A stretch of DNA of 64,000 bases, from assembly GCA_000388065.2 (NCBI GenBank), contig KB932202.1; one strand, given 5' to 3'. Made by a program: the position numbers and the translations under genes. The notes under the pieces were generated by a model that saw only the letters and a program-made list of their open reading frames with translations, did no database searches and was not told the DNA's origin. Source of the stretch: Fonticula alba ATCC 38817. Taxonomy: Eukaryota > Protista > Nucleariida. Numbering within the stretch: position 1 is the stretch's first letter; every line of letters begins with the position of its first letter. This document shows, piece by piece, positions 62,692 to 64,000 of the stretch.

Positions 62692-62764
62692 GGGGGCGTA
62701 GCTCAAATGGTAGAGCGGCCGCTTAGCATGCGGCAGGCAGGGGGATCGATACCCTCCGCCTCCA
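62692..62764 (+). tRNA. tRNA-Ala (anticodon AGC), intronless, 73 nt
   Basis: Full cloverleaf: acceptor GGGGGCG/CGCCTCC with the G3:U70 Ala determinant, discriminator A, D-arm GCTC/GAGC, anticodon stem GCCGC/GCGGC with loop TTAGCAT, and the eukaryotic Ala-type ATCGATA T-loop. Confidence 0.97.
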
Positions 62765-63218
62765 GATTTCCTTTTGCTCCCCCTCGAAGGGGGGACGCGG
62801 TTGCACACTGGCTCTCCCTGCCGCGCGCGCGCGCGCACGCCCCTGTGGCGACTCCTTGCGATGAGAGGGTCTCCTGCTGCCCCGGCGGCGGCCACAGCCG
62901 GAGAGCGGAGCCAGGGGCCCGGCCTCGTCGAAGGGAGGGAGGCCCAGCCCTGGCGGCGGGCCGCCATGGTCGGTCCCCCGTGCCCGTGTCCGCGCGTCAG
63001 TGGTCAGACCTAATCCACGCCAGCGGGACCAAGGCTGGACAGGCGACCCCCCCCCCCCCCCCAGGAGAGCACTCGGCCCCTCCTTCGCCGGAGGATCGAG
63101 CCTGCGGAGGGCCGGCCCCGTGCGCTGGCATGCGCATGTGTGTACGGTGGTAGAGCAGTTCCCTCGGGGCTTTCCGCTGGCAGCACATGCGAGGGGAGGG
63201 TTAATTTCCCTTCCTGGC

Positions 63219-63902
63219 TCATGCGGGGAGAGGGGCGCGCACTTTCCGTTTTGGGGACCAGGCGGCAGGCCTCGTGCCCGCCTCCATCCCGGCCCGGGCT
63301 CCGGAGGCAGTTTTTTCTTTGTCTCGAGTCCAAGCCCCCCGGGGAGGAGGGGGGCGACACAGCCATCCGGGGTGATCGGCCGTCTTCCCTCTTGGCCCTG
63401 GCAGATGCCGCACATGCCCGGGCCCTTTGCCCTGGAATGCCGGGCTTCCTCCCTGCTCTCGTGCCTCAGGCTCCCCGGGGCGCGGAGACAATGCCTCCGC
63501 CCCGACAAGCAGGGCATGCTCTCTGTCCGGCCACTGTGGGGGGATATACTCTGCCGCAGGGGCATGGAGCTGGCTTCCCCCCCCCCCCCCTCTCCCCCTG
63601 TTTCCCTCTCTCGCGCCCCTGGCGTGCGCGCGGCACAAGCAGCACCTGAAAGTGGAATGGCCGAGGCTCGAGCCGGCTGTGGCTTCATGGTTGTGTCTTG
63701 ACGCGGTCCGCGGCAAGGGACCGTGGGCGGGGCTCCCCAATAACAAAGGCCAGGCCAAGCCGGCTGCCAGACGGTCCTCCCCCCCCCCGCCCTTCCCCTG
63801 CAGCAGGGCGACGGGCTGATGGCCTGATGCGAGGATGATCGGCGCCCCAGACAGGTCCCCCTTCCCCGGCCCCCCCTGGCTTGCGGGGGCCTTGACCACC
63901 AC
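63219..63902 (-). CDS. Possible 3' part of a gene entering from the right edge
   Basis: Protein-like minus-strand ORF blocks (PIILASGHQPVALLQG, EYIPPQWPDREHALLVG). No family recognised. Confidence 0.3.
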   Translation of the reverse strand: MVVKAPASQGGPGKGDLSGAPIILASGHQPVALLQGKGGGGEDRLAAGLAWPLLLGSPAHGPLPRTASRHNHEATAGSSLGHSTFRCCLCRAHARGAREGNRGRGGGGGSQLHAPAAEYIPPQWPDREHALLVGAEALSPRPGEPEAREQGGSPAFQGKGPGHVRHLPGPRGKTADHPGWLCRPPPPRGAWTRDKEKTASGARAGMEAGTRPAAWSPKRKVRAPLPA

Positions 63903-64000
63903 CCCCAGTGCCTGGCCACGGGTTCCGCCCTCCAGTTCCAGCTCCCTCCCTTGAACCAGAGATAAGGAGCTAAATGCTCCGTCCCCCCCCCCCCCCCCCC

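Noticed and set aside
62723-63919. 398-aa minus-strand ORF ending in WRRRVSIPLPAAC
   Set aside because: Its end is the antisense translation of the tRNA-Ala gene, and the rest looks like an off-frame reading.

Overview
This is GC-rich, intron-containing eukaryotic nuclear DNA with a compact gene layout. Introns are short and CT-rich, with GT(G/A/T)(C/T)GT donors. The overall style suggests a Fonticula-like (nucleariid/holomycotan) amoeba, which is an inference I have not verified. It is a draft assembly with many N gaps (largest about 29765-30464 and 56979-57723), long C/G homopolymers and two embedded Illumina adapter fragments. Recognisable genes, left to right: FAM172A/ARB2-type hydrolase-fold protein, XPC/RAD4, NDUFA12, DPM3 (apparent 1-nt frameshift), a large orphan (- strand), a DDX60-like Ski2 helicase, an orphan (+), a partial membrane-protein exon, FOL1 (DHNA-DHNA-HPPK-DHPS), adenosine kinase, a Pib2-like FYVE protein, a greatly expanded C9orf72 homologue, RAE1/Gle2, SLX9/FAM207A, an ArfGAP with two UBA domains, and tRNA-Ala(AGC). 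I found no CRISPR array, transposase or prophage, and no convincing novel multi-gene system. The best leads are the Pib2-like protein with its tandem Cys module, the expanded C9orf72, a nested-hairpin intergenic element, an ORF-poor 4-kb interval and two orphan genes. All family assignments rest on motifs recalled from memory; no database searches were run.
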